63,682 bases of DNA from an uncultured Candidatus Saccharibacteria bacterium (GTDB lineage: Bacteria; Patescibacteriota; Minisyncoccia; UBA6257; 2-01-FULL-56-20). Location: assembly GCA_964442965.1 (NCBI GenBank), contig CAYUBE010000002.1, positions 1-63,682 on the forward strand. Reading direction: 5' to 3'. The notes below the pieces were generated by a model. That model did not search any database, was not told the origin of the DNA, and saw nothing but the letters and a program-made list of their open reading frames with translations. Shown in pieces: positions 27,717 through 35,591 of this stretch. How positions within the stretch are numbered: the stretch's first letter is position 1; each line of letters opens with the position of its first letter. The position numbers and the translations under genes were made by a program.

Positions 27717-28133
27717 ATGAGGAAGTGCATAAATTGTAAACTGAAGCTCGTTTATCGCCATCAGATTAAATTCTGTTCGAATAAATGCCAGTTTCAATAT
27801 CAACATAAAAAATGGATAGAAGCATGGAAGGACGGGAGGGTAAGTGGCGACAACGGGATAGTTACGAAAACCATCTCTCCTCATCTTAAAAAATATCTGC
27901 TGAAGAAATTTGGGAATCGATGTTCTGAGTGTGGCTGGGCTGAAAAACATCCCATAACAGGTGTTATTCCGTTGGAAGTCGATCATATAGATGGAAACGC
28001 GGAAAACAACAGAGAGTCTAATCTGCGTTTGCTTTGTCCGAATTGCCACGCGCTCACGCCATTTTATAAAAATCTCAACAAGGGGAAAGGCAGGAAATGG
28101 AGGATGAGTAAATATATTAAGAATAAGACCTAA
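27717..28133 (+). CDS. HNH endonuclease
   Basis: CSECGW...EVDHIDGNAENNRESNLRLLCPNCHA (HNH with zinc cysteines). Confidence 0.8.
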   Translation: MRKCINCKLKLVYRHQIKFCSNKCQFQYQHKKWIEAWKDGRVSGDNGIVTKTISPHLKKYLLKKFGNRCSECGWAEKHPITGVIPLEVDHIDGNAENNRESNLRLLCPNCHALTPFYKNLNKGKGRKWRMSKYIKNKT

Positions 28134-28235
28134 GATTGCCGGTCCGAATTCAGCCATCGGTTCAAAGAAGGAAACGAGATTCCCCGCTCTGGCGGGTCGG
28201 GTCGTTCGCTGAACAGTGTGGTATAATCAGAAGCA

Positions 28236-29042
28236 ATGAAAAAAGCATTTACCCTTATCGAGCTTCTTATTGCAACCGCCATTTTCACGATTGTGATAGT
28301 TTCCTTTATCGGCATCTTTGTTGAAGTTGTCGGGGTGCAGGGACGCCAAACATCGGCGGCAGCTGTAAACGAAGAGAGCCAGTTTCTCCTCCAAAAAGTC
28401 CAGTACTACGTCGAATTGTCGAGCGCCGTTTCCACGACCCAGGACGTAGCGACGCCGGTACTCACGCTTCGCATGCCGTCATCTTCGATTGATCCGACCG
28501 TGATCAGTTTGTCCGGCGGAACTGTCTATCTCCAGCAAGCTGGCGGCGCGTCCCAGCCCCTGACCTCGAACAAGGTCTCGGTTTCGAATCTTTCATTCAC
28601 GCGCCGGTCGAACGCGCCGGGGCATGACTCGGTCAGCGTTTCCTTTACGGTTTCTTATAATACCTCGAATATCAAGCAGATGTTCGCGCAGGCGCTTCAG
28701 ACGTCAATTGCGCGAGTATCGGCGGCCACATTCGATTCCAGCATCTATCCCTCGGGTTCCGGGAGCAACGCCCAGCTTGGCACGACCGCTAATCCCTGGA
28801 CGTCGATCAACGGAGTCATCGATTTCAGTGGCAGTAATGTCGGCATTAATGCGGCGAGTCCCCAGCAGGCGCTCGAGGTAAATGGAGGCGTCCGTTTGAA
28901 TACCTCAGCCACCGAACCTGCCTGTAACGCCACGTCCCGCGGTACGCTGTGGTTCTGGGAACGCGCGACATCCGCGACCGATACCCTGCAACTTTGCTAC
29001 GAGAATACGACTGGCACCTATGCCTGGTATCAGATATTTTAA
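28236..29042 (+). CDS. type IV pilin-like / pseudopilin protein
   Basis: Prepilin N-terminal methylation motif MKKAFTLIELLIATAIFTIV. Confidence 0.8.
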   Translation: MKKAFTLIELLIATAIFTIVIVSFIGIFVEVVGVQGRQTSAAAVNEESQFLLQKVQYYVELSSAVSTTQDVATPVLTLRMPSSSIDPTVISLSGGTVYLQQAGGASQPLTSNKVSVSNLSFTRRSNAPGHDSVSVSFTVSYNTSNIKQMFAQALQTSIARVSAATFDSSIYPSGSGSNAQLGTTANPWTSINGVIDFSGSNVGINAASPQQALEVNGGVRLNTSATEPACNATSRGTLWFWERATSATDTLQLCYENTTGTYAWYQIF

Positions 29043-29084
29043 AATTAGGCTTTGTGGGTCGATCTTGTTATTATAATCATAAGC

Positions 29085-29633
29085 ATGGAATTGATCGGTA
29101 AACAAAAGAAGATTCTCATTGTCGTGGCGATTGCCATCATCGCAGTGGTGGTTATCGTTTTTATTCTAGCGGAAAGGAATGGAGCAAAAAATCCGAACAC
29201 AACAAACGGTGGTTCTGCGAATTCGGGCACGGCTTCTTCGGCGCCGATAACCCGTTTGCCGGTGCCGGCGGACGTTGTGGTTCCCGAAGTTGGTACGGCG
29301 ACAACGAGTGATATCGCGGTGCCGCAGGTTGAAGCGGCAGCGGCTCCGGGCGTCGGCGCGAAATATCGCAGTTTTAATATCATTGTCCAGAATAACGGAT
29401 TTGCGCCCTCGACCATCGCCGTCAATCTCGGCGATACGGTGAATCTGCAGGTTGGTGCAGTCGACGGTAACTACGACTTTACTCAGCCGGATTTCGGTTT
29501 TCATGTTGCCCTTCCGGAAGGACAGGATAAGCAGATCCAATTTGCCGCAACGGCAAAGGGGGAATTCGTCTTTTATTGTTCGGTGTGCGGAGGCCCCGCA
29601 AAAGGTCCGGTTGGATACTTGATTGTGAAATGA
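29085..29633 (+). CDS. membrane-anchored cupredoxin-like domain protein
   Basis: N-terminal TM, low-complexity linker, C-terminal beta-sandwich-like region ending FYCSVCGG. ATG 29085 preferred over TTG 29052. Confidence 0.5.
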   Translation: MELIGKQKKILIVVAIAIIAVVVIVFILAERNGAKNPNTTNGGSANSGTASSAPITRLPVPADVVVPEVGTATTSDIAVPQVEAAAAPGVGAKYRSFNIIVQNNGFAPSTIAVNLGDTVNLQVGAVDGNYDFTQPDFGFHVALPEGQDKQIQFAATAKGEFVFYCSVCGGPAKGPVGYLIVK

Positions 29634-29702
29634 GAATAATCAGGAGTAAGCTCGGCGAGATCGGGACGGACAGGAGGTCGATCAGGAAAAAATAAAATCA
29701 TT

Positions 29703-30170
29703 ATGAAAACCGTAACAACCATTAAAATCGTTCTTTTGGGGATCATCATCATTGCGCTTGCCGTTTGGGCGGGGATTCTGATTGCCGGCACGCAATCATC
29801 AAGGTCGAATTCTGATGGTCCGTCGCCGTATTCTGCGGTCTATCTTTCGACCGGCGATATCTATTTCGGCAAGCTTTCCTGGTTTCCGGCGCCGCATATG
29901 ACGGATGTCTGGTTTATTGAGCGGAGCCAGGATCAGAACGGGCAGGCACAAACCAATATCGCTTCGCTGAAATCGGTGTTCTGGGGGCCGGTAGATGAAA
30001 TCAATCTGAATGCGCAGGATATCCTCTTTTCTACGCGGCTCAAGAACAGCAGCCAGATCGTGACGGTGATAGAAAATCCGGCTTCCCTTGAGCAACAGGG
30101 GGAAGTTCAGGGCGCGCCGGGCGCAATGTCGTCTTCGCCGGCGGTATCGTCAACGACGGGTACTCAATGA
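29703..30170 (+). CDS. hypothetical membrane-anchored protein
   Basis: 155 aa with an N-terminal TM (IVLLGIIIIALAVWAGILIAG). Confidence 0.55.
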   Translation: MKTVTTIKIVLLGIIIIALAVWAGILIAGTQSSRSNSDGPSPYSAVYLSTGDIYFGKLSWFPAPHMTDVWFIERSQDQNGQAQTNIASLKSVFWGPVDEINLNAQDILFSTRLKNSSQIVTVIENPASLEQQGEVQGAPGAMSSSPAVSSTTGTQ

Positions 30171-30228
30171 GGCGTCAGGTCGAAATGTTGACTTGAAAGA
30201 TATATAGCAAATGTTATACTTATAAAAA

Positions 30229-31269
30229 ATGTCCACACAGAAATCAAAACTCAATGTTGTTTTTTTTGGTATCGCCCTGTTGGCCATTGCTGCGGGCGTG
30301 GGCGCATATACCGTTTTCGCGGCGCCCTCAAGCCAGCCGGGCGTCGGTTATGGCGCGATCGGCGTTGATTCGAATTCCGATGTTGGCGTGGGAACGTCAA
30401 CCCTCAACACCGGCGTCGGGCGGTTTGTCGTCATCGCGTCATCCACGAGTCCTTATTCATTCAAGATACTTTCAACATCCGGTTCGCCAATTTTTACGGT
30501 GGACAATAGCGGTAACGTTACGACGACCGGTACGCTTTCTGCAAGTTCTTTTTCTGGTTCCTTGGGTGGCACCCTCAACGCGAATAATGTTTCCGCCGGC
30601 GTCTTCAGTCTGAATACGGGCACCAGTTCGTTTGCTTTTCCCCTGAATCTTGGAGTGAACACCACCACGCAAGTCGGCTTGCCTCAACCGCTCTCCGTCT
30701 ACGGCAACGGCTATTTTTCCGGCAACCTCGGCATTGGAACGAAGAGTCCCGCCCAGATGTTGAGTGTCGGTTCCGGCAATCAGTTTACCGTTACCTCCGC
30801 GGGCGTGGTGACGGACGCGGGCGAAACGGTCAATGGAACGGTTTCGGATACGGGAGAAACCGTCAATGGAACCGTTAATGTCTCGGGGGGCACGGTTACC
30901 GGTTTGAACGCACCCGTGAATGCGTCTGACTCCGCAACGAAAGCATATGTAGACGCAGCGAACAGCACGGCGGGAGCGAGTTATGTGGCATATGGTACTA
31001 CCTCCTGCGTATCTGGGTATACCACGGCATACTCAGGTATCCTTGCGGCACCTTTTGATGTAATGACTACGGGTGAGCAGTTTGGGAACCCTATTTGCGT
31101 AAGTAGTGCCTCAAGCCAGGGAGTTGCCTCAAACTATTATTCGAGTTGGGGGAATGATTATGTTGGATGGACAGATCTTACTGATAATACCATCCAAGGC
31201 AGTGGTGGTGTAGGATATGCACTCACGGGAATCCCGCCAGTTTTGAGTTGCGCTATGTGTGTGAAATAG
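30229..31269 (+). CDS. secreted/anchored Gly-Ser-Thr-rich fibre-like protein
   Basis: N-terminal TM/signal, GST-rich repeats (GETVNGTV x2), ATKAYVDAAN motif, Cys-containing C-terminal domain. Confidence 0.6.
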   Translation: MSTQKSKLNVVFFGIALLAIAAGVGAYTVFAAPSSQPGVGYGAIGVDSNSDVGVGTSTLNTGVGRFVVIASSTSPYSFKILSTSGSPIFTVDNSGNVTTTGTLSASSFSGSLGGTLNANNVSAGVFSLNTGTSSFAFPLNLGVNTTTQVGLPQPLSVYGNGYFSGNLGIGTKSPAQMLSVGSGNQFTVTSAGVVTDAGETVNGTVSDTGETVNGTVNVSGGTVTGLNAPVNASDSATKAYVDAANSTAGASYVAYGTTSCVSGYTTAYSGILAAPFDVMTTGEQFGNPICVSSASSQGVASNYYSSWGNDYVGWTDLTDNTIQGSGGVGYALTGIPPVLSCAMCVK

Positions 31270-31296
31270 AGGAATGGTAGTGTTGAGTTAGACTTA

Positions 31297-31323
31297 TTCG
31301 GAGTTCGACTCCGAACGGTTTTT
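31297..31323 (+). terminator. TTCGGAG-family intrinsic terminator
   Basis: TTCGGAG-TTCGA-CTCCGAA (31297-31315) followed by CGGTTTTT. Confidence 0.7.
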
Positions 31324-31342
31324 GAGGTGTTATAATCACTTC

Positions 31343-31954
31343 ATGTCCAGTAGAAGTTTATTTCTCGTCCTCGCAATTGTTATATTGTGTGAACTCGCCC
31401 TTATTGGTTGCTTGATCTTCAGGTCATCTTTTTCTGGTTATCTGTCTGGGCCGCCGATTACGATTGGTGATGCCGTTGGTAGTTCTATTATTTCCTCCTC
31501 GTCCTCGTCTTCTTGCGCCATTCGGACCGAAGCAAAGACCGTGGAGGGAGCTTCGATGACGCCATTCGTTCAATCAGGAGAAGCGGTTCATGTTCTTGTT
31601 GGTTACTACGCTTGTCACCCCATCGAGCGGGGCGACGTTGTGCTCTACAGCTATGCTGGCGATAAAAATCCGCTGATTAAGATAGTTCAGGCCGTGCCGG
31701 GCGACAGATGGTCGTTGGAAAACCAAGGCGATTATTTTCTGATCTTGGTAAACGGTCAGATTCTGAAAAATAGGGAGGAACATGAATACGAAATTCCCGC
31801 CACCAACAAAACGCTTCCTCTTTATGCCCAAAGCTATCCGGTGATACCGGCAGGCGCCTATCTGATCTTAGGAGACGAAACGGGCGGGACTCTGGATTCC
31901 AGCCACTTCGGCCTCGTCGGTGGGACAGACATCCTAGGAAAGGTCATTTTATGA
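31343..31954 (+). CDS. lepB: signal peptidase I (S26 family)
   Basis: GASMTP nucleophile motif, GDVVLY, LGDETGGTLDSSHFG box. ATG 31343. Confidence 0.75.
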   Translation: MSSRSLFLVLAIVILCELALIGCLIFRSSFSGYLSGPPITIGDAVGSSIISSSSSSSCAIRTEAKTVEGASMTPFVQSGEAVHVLVGYYACHPIERGDVVLYSYAGDKNPLIKIVQAVPGDRWSLENQGDYFLILVNGQILKNREEHEYEIPATNKTLPLYAQSYPVIPAGAYLILGDETGGTLDSSHFGLVGGTDILGKVIL

Positions 31955-32650
31955 TCTTTCCCGAGATACGACCTCGATAATTTCAGGGACGGTCTCTCTC
32001 TGTTTTTCTCGGTGTGCAACCCATGCGTTTGCTGATGCTTTAATGCCGTCGCTGTCGCCTATTACCTCCGTAAGAAAATCGCGCGACGTGACAGCGGGAA
32101 AGTTTTCGATTCCGATGTAATCAAGAAAACTGCTCCACCGATACTTTTCCAGAAAATCAATAGTTTCCGAGATACGATCTCGATAATTTTTGACAAGATC
32201 GGCGGGATTGGTATGAATATAACCCAGGAGATTACACATATAATTTTCGCTATCAATATGAGTGGCTTTAAATCTGCCCTGGAACAGCGATCCGACTCGG
32301 TCGCGTTTTTTATTAAAATACATGGCATAACCCACGTCCAATTTTTGCATAAATTTTATAATGCCGTTTTCCTCGATTTGCCGCAGTGCTAAATGATAGT
32401 GGTTTGGCATAAGAACGAACGCAAGAATTTCAACGAGCGGTTCCCTGGGCGGATTTTTCTTTTCTCTGACAGGATTACGTTTAGGATGATAATACGGATG
32501 TGACACGACGTTTTTATCGTTGAAATCATAGAGATTCCGGGTCATACGGAAATAATCGGACGCATCAAGAAAAATCGTACGTTTTTCGACGCCGCGATTA
32601 TAGATATGATAGATTTCGCCGGTAGAAAATATCGGTTTTTTATAGCTCAT
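31949..32650 (-). CDS. IS200-like Y1 (HUH) transposase, REP-associated (RAYT-like)
   Basis: HUH motif LMPNHYHLAL and catalytic Tyr motif LLGYIHTNP. Flanked by, and containing, copies of a 25-nt palindrome. Confidence 0.8.
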   Translation of the reverse strand: MSYKKPIFSTGEIYHIYNRGVEKRTIFLDASDYFRMTRNLYDFNDKNVVSHPYYHPKRNPVREKKNPPREPLVEILAFVLMPNHYHLALRQIEENGIIKFMQKLDVGYAMYFNKKRDRVGSLFQGRFKATHIDSENYMCNLLGYIHTNPADLVKNYRDRISETIDFLEKYRWSSFLDYIGIENFPAVTSRDFLTEVIGDSDGIKASANAWVAHREKQRETVPEIIEVVSRERS

Positions 32651-32663
32651 AGTCGCAGCAAAA

Positions 32664-32688
32664 ATTATCGAGATCGTATCTCGATAAT
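32664..32688. repeat. REP-like palindrome ATTATCGAGATCGTATCTCGATAAT
   Basis: 11-bp arms around a CGT centre, immediately upstream of the Y1 transposase start. Confidence 0.9.
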
Positions 32689-32718
32689 ATAGGCCGTGAG
32701 TGATTAAAATTATCTAAA

Positions 32719-32743
32719 ATTATCGAGATCGTATCTCGATAAT
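32719..32743. repeat. REP-like palindrome, second tandem copy
   Basis: Identical 25-mer 55 nt after the first copy. Abuts the recG stop codon. Confidence 0.9.
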
Positions 32744-35011
32744 TTATTCGCGGTGGAGAGTTTTTTCGAATGCGGTGAGACGTGTTTTGAGTGCCGGTAC
32801 GCGCATGAATTGCGGATCATTGCGGAGCAAGAAGATGGCCGCTTCACGGCTGGTTTTTACGAGTTCGGGGTTGCGGAGCGCCTCAAGCGTGGCGTTTGAA
32901 AAACCGCTTTGCACTTCGCCGAAGAATTCGCCGGGGCCGCGTAGTTTGAGATCTTCTTCGGCAAGCTCAAAACCGTTTTTTGCCGTGAGCATCGCACGTA
33001 AACGGGCTTTGGCTTTTTCACCCTTCATTTCGGTCATGAGGAAGCAATAGGATTGGTGTTTGCCGCGTCCGATGCGGCCGCGGAATTGGTAGAGCTGGGC
33101 CAGGCCGAACCGGTCGGCGCCTTCAATAATCATGATCGAGGCATTCGGAACATCGACACCGACTTCGATGATGGATGTGGCGATGAGCATGTCGATCTTC
33201 TTATCCTTGAAGTCTCTCATAATGGATTCTTTTTCTTTCGGCTTCATTTTTCCGTGAAGCATGGCGAGTTTTAATTCGGGGAATACTGTTTTGCTCAGCT
33301 TTTCATATTCTTCTTCGACTGATGCCAATTCCAGAGCTGATACGGAATTCTTTTTTTTGTCATCCCGTTGTAAGACGGGATCCAGGTTATTCTTAAAACT
33401 ATCCTGGATTCCGGCCTTGGTTCGATGGTCCTCACCACGGGTCGCCGGAATGGCAGAGAGATTGGGGAGAGCAGAATCCGGCGTTATGAGGGGACAGATG
33501 ACAAATGCTTGTCGTCCTTTTTTTATCTCGCCCCGGATGAATTCGTAGGTGGCTTGCCGCTCGATGGGCGTTATGATCTTGGTTACGATTGGTTTTCGAC
33601 CGGCAGGGAGTTCCGTAATAAGCGAAAGATCAAGGTTGCCGAAGACCGTTATCATGAGCGTCCGCGGGATCGGGGTGGCGCTCATGGAGAGGAAGTGAGG
33701 AATACCATTTGCATTGCCTGCACGGGTCTTCTTCAGAAGTGCCGCACGTTGCTTGACGCCGAAACGATGCTGTTCATCCACGATAACAAGACCGAGATTC
33801 TTGAACTCGGCTGATTTTTGAATGAGTGCGTGGGTACCGAAGAGCACCGCGATCTCGCCGTTCGCCGATTTTTTCCAGAATTCTACTTTCCTCATTTTTG
33901 CCGTGAGATCGTTTTCGTAGAGGACAACCGTGCTGCTTCCTGTGGCGAGGCCGATGACGGGTCTCTGTTCGGAGTTCGACCTCGAACATTGGTTCAGGAG
34001 TTTTTGGAATGTCTCGAAGTGCTGTCGTGCGAGGATCTCCGTCGGTGCCATGAAAACAGTCTGGAATCCGTGCTCGGCGGCCATAATGGCAGCGATGGCG
34101 GCCACGATCGTTTTTCCGGAACCGACGTCACCTTGAAGCAGGCGGTTCATCGGTTTTGGTTTTGCAAGATCCTGTACGATCTCCCAAAGCGATTGCTTTT
34201 GCGACGGGGTGAGCGAGAAGGGAAGCGCGGCAAGAATATTTTTAATGCGTTCAATATCGATCGGGATCCCGGGAGCCTGTTCTTCTCCGAGCTTCAGTTT
34301 TTGCTGAAGATTGAACAGTTGCAAGAGAAAAAGATTTTCAAATCGGAATCTTTTTTGCGCCGTCAGCGCGTCTTCAATGTTGTCCGGGAAATGAATGTTA
34401 TGCACGGCGGTTTGCAAATTCGGAAAACCATAGCGCGAGAGAATGTCATTCGGGATCCATTCGATGAGCGTCGGATTCCGCTTCATAACGCCGCGGAGCG
34501 CAAACCGGATGCCGCGTGATGTGAGGCCCTTCGTTTCAGGATAGACAGGCACGAGACGGCCGGTATGGATCGCTTTCGTATCCGATCGCACGACTTCATA
34601 GGTAGGATTATTGAGGTATAGCTCGTGTTCTTCCGAAAGGGATATCTTGCCGGCGAAGTTCGCAATGCGCCCCGCATGGAGCGTTTGAGAAATATAGGAT
34701 TGGTTGAACCATGTCGCGCGGATGGTGCCGGTCTCATCCGCAAGAATAGCTTCGGTGATGGTGAGGCCGCGCCGCGTGCGGCGTAGCTTGATTTCTTCGA
34801 CGGTGGCCTGGATCGTCGCGAGTTCGCCGGGCGTGAGATCGTCGATATTGCTAAGTTTAGAAAAATCCTCATAGCGCGAGGGAAAGTGCCAGAGGAGATC
34901 GCGGACGGTTTTGATGCCGATTTTTTCGAATCGCTTCAAGAAGGGAGTGCGAGCACCCAAGATGTCATAGAGCGGCGTTTCGAGCGAGATGTCCCGCATA
35001 TGAATGGACAT
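32744..35011 (-). CDS. recG: ATP-dependent DNA helicase RecG
   Basis: Wedge/OB N-terminus, helicase motifs GDVGSGKT, DEQHRFG, SATPIPR, QLYQFRGRIGRG. The start may be the internal ATG at 34999. Confidence 0.93.
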   Translation of the reverse strand: MSIHMRDISLETPLYDILGARTPFLKRFEKIGIKTVRDLLWHFPSRYEDFSKLSNIDDLTPGELATIQATVEEIKLRRTRRGLTITEAILADETGTIRATWFNQSYISQTLHAGRIANFAGKISLSEEHELYLNNPTYEVVRSDTKAIHTGRLVPVYPETKGLTSRGIRFALRGVMKRNPTLIEWIPNDILSRYGFPNLQTAVHNIHFPDNIEDALTAQKRFRFENLFLLQLFNLQQKLKLGEEQAPGIPIDIERIKNILAALPFSLTPSQKQSLWEIVQDLAKPKPMNRLLQGDVGSGKTIVAAIAAIMAAEHGFQTVFMAPTEILARQHFETFQKLLNQCSRSNSEQRPVIGLATGSSTVVLYENDLTAKMRKVEFWKKSANGEIAVLFGTHALIQKSAEFKNLGLVIVDEQHRFGVKQRAALLKKTRAGNANGIPHFLSMSATPIPRTLMITVFGNLDLSLITELPAGRKPIVTKIITPIERQATYEFIRGEIKKGRQAFVICPLITPDSALPNLSAIPATRGEDHRTKAGIQDSFKNNLDPVLQRDDKKKNSVSALELASVEEEYEKLSKTVFPELKLAMLHGKMKPKEKESIMRDFKDKKIDMLIATSIIEVGVDVPNASIMIIEGADRFGLAQLYQFRGRIGRGKHQSYCFLMTEMKGEKAKARLRAMLTAKNGFELAEEDLKLRGPGEFFGEVQSGFSNATLEALRNPELVKTSREAAIFLLRNDPQFMRVPALKTRLTAFEKTLHRE
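33335..33482 (-). repeat. in-frame palindromic insertion inside recG
   Basis: About 48 extra codons between CPLI and EEEYEKL. Contains hairpins TCCCGT/ACGGGA (33363-33380) and ATCCAGG/CCTGGAT (33380-33409). Confidence 0.6.
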
Positions 35012-35167
35012 AGTATAGCACGAAAAAGAGAAGCATGGTCACGTCGAGTGTTGCAAGACGCCCGGAACAGATTCCTCGTTCCTCGCGAGGCTTCGGGACA
35101 AGTTTCGTTCGGAATGATAACAGTTGAAAATTTTTAGATTAGATTTATCATAGAGAAGTTGGTTTTT

Positions 35168-35222
35168 GCCCCTATAGCTCAGTTGGTACCTGCCCACCAG
35201 CAGGCAGGGAGCGGCTCCCTCT
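35168..35222 (+). pseudogene. tRNA-Lys 5' fragment (positions 1-35) with a 20-nt hairpin insert
   Basis: 35168-35188 is identical to the first 21 nt of the intact tRNA-Lys. After the insert CCTGCCCACCAGCAGGCAGG, GAGC-G-GCTCCCTCT matches the D-stem 3' strand and the anticodon stem/loop up to position 35. Confidence 0.75.
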
Positions 35223-35336
35223 GCAAAAGCGGAAAAAACCGCGTTTGGTTCGCTCGGTCGCGATAAAAATACAAAAGCCATTTTCATCGCTTCCTCGTTG
35301 CCAAATGTAAAGATTTTGCCCATTGGTTCGCTCATT

Positions 35337-35479
35337 GAAAACGAAAGAAGGAAAAATGCATTGCGATCAGCGTGCCCCTATAGCTCAGTTGGTAGAGCAG
35401 CTCCCTCTTAAGGAGATGGTCCCAGGTTCAAATCCTGGTGGGGGCACACCGCTCGAAATTCTTTCCTTCTTTCGTTTTC
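35337..35479. repeat. 18-bp perfect inverted repeat bracketing tRNA-Lys
   Basis: GAAAACGAAAGAAGGAAA (35337-35354) and TTTCCTTCTTTCGTTTTC (35462-35479). Confidence 0.9.
35374..35446 (+). tRNA. tRNA-Lys (anticodon CUU)
   Basis: Acceptor GCCCCTA/TGGGGGC, D arm GCTC-AGTTGGTA-GAGC, anticodon loop CTCTTAA, T arm CCAGG-TTCAAAT-CCTGG. Confidence 0.9.
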
Positions 35480-35496
35480 GCTTCGCTGCCAACGGG

Positions 35497-35517
35497 AAGG
35501 ATATGGTCCCATGGGCC
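35497..35517 (+). pseudogene. tRNA-Lys 3' fragment (from position 37, T-arm deleted)
   Basis: AAGGATATGGTCCCA matches AAGGAGATGGTCCCA of the intact gene (14/15), then TGGGCC resembles the 3' acceptor strand. Confidence 0.55.
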
Positions 35518-35591
35518 TATTTTTTTCTAAAAAATTGACGCAATCCCCCAAAAAAATTAAACTGGAGACAGAAATTTAAAAAGGAGTTTGT

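Noticed and set aside
30780-31269. The fibre-like protein as a target of a diversity-generating retroelement, or any retron.
   Set aside because: No reverse transcriptase ORF and no template/variable repeat pair with A-specific mismatches is visible anywhere in the window.
35039-35538. ORFs 35039..35335 (minus) and 35323..35538 (plus).
   Set aside because: They run through the tRNA-Lys fragments and the intact tRNA-Lys gene. Their reading frames arise from tRNA and repeat sequence.
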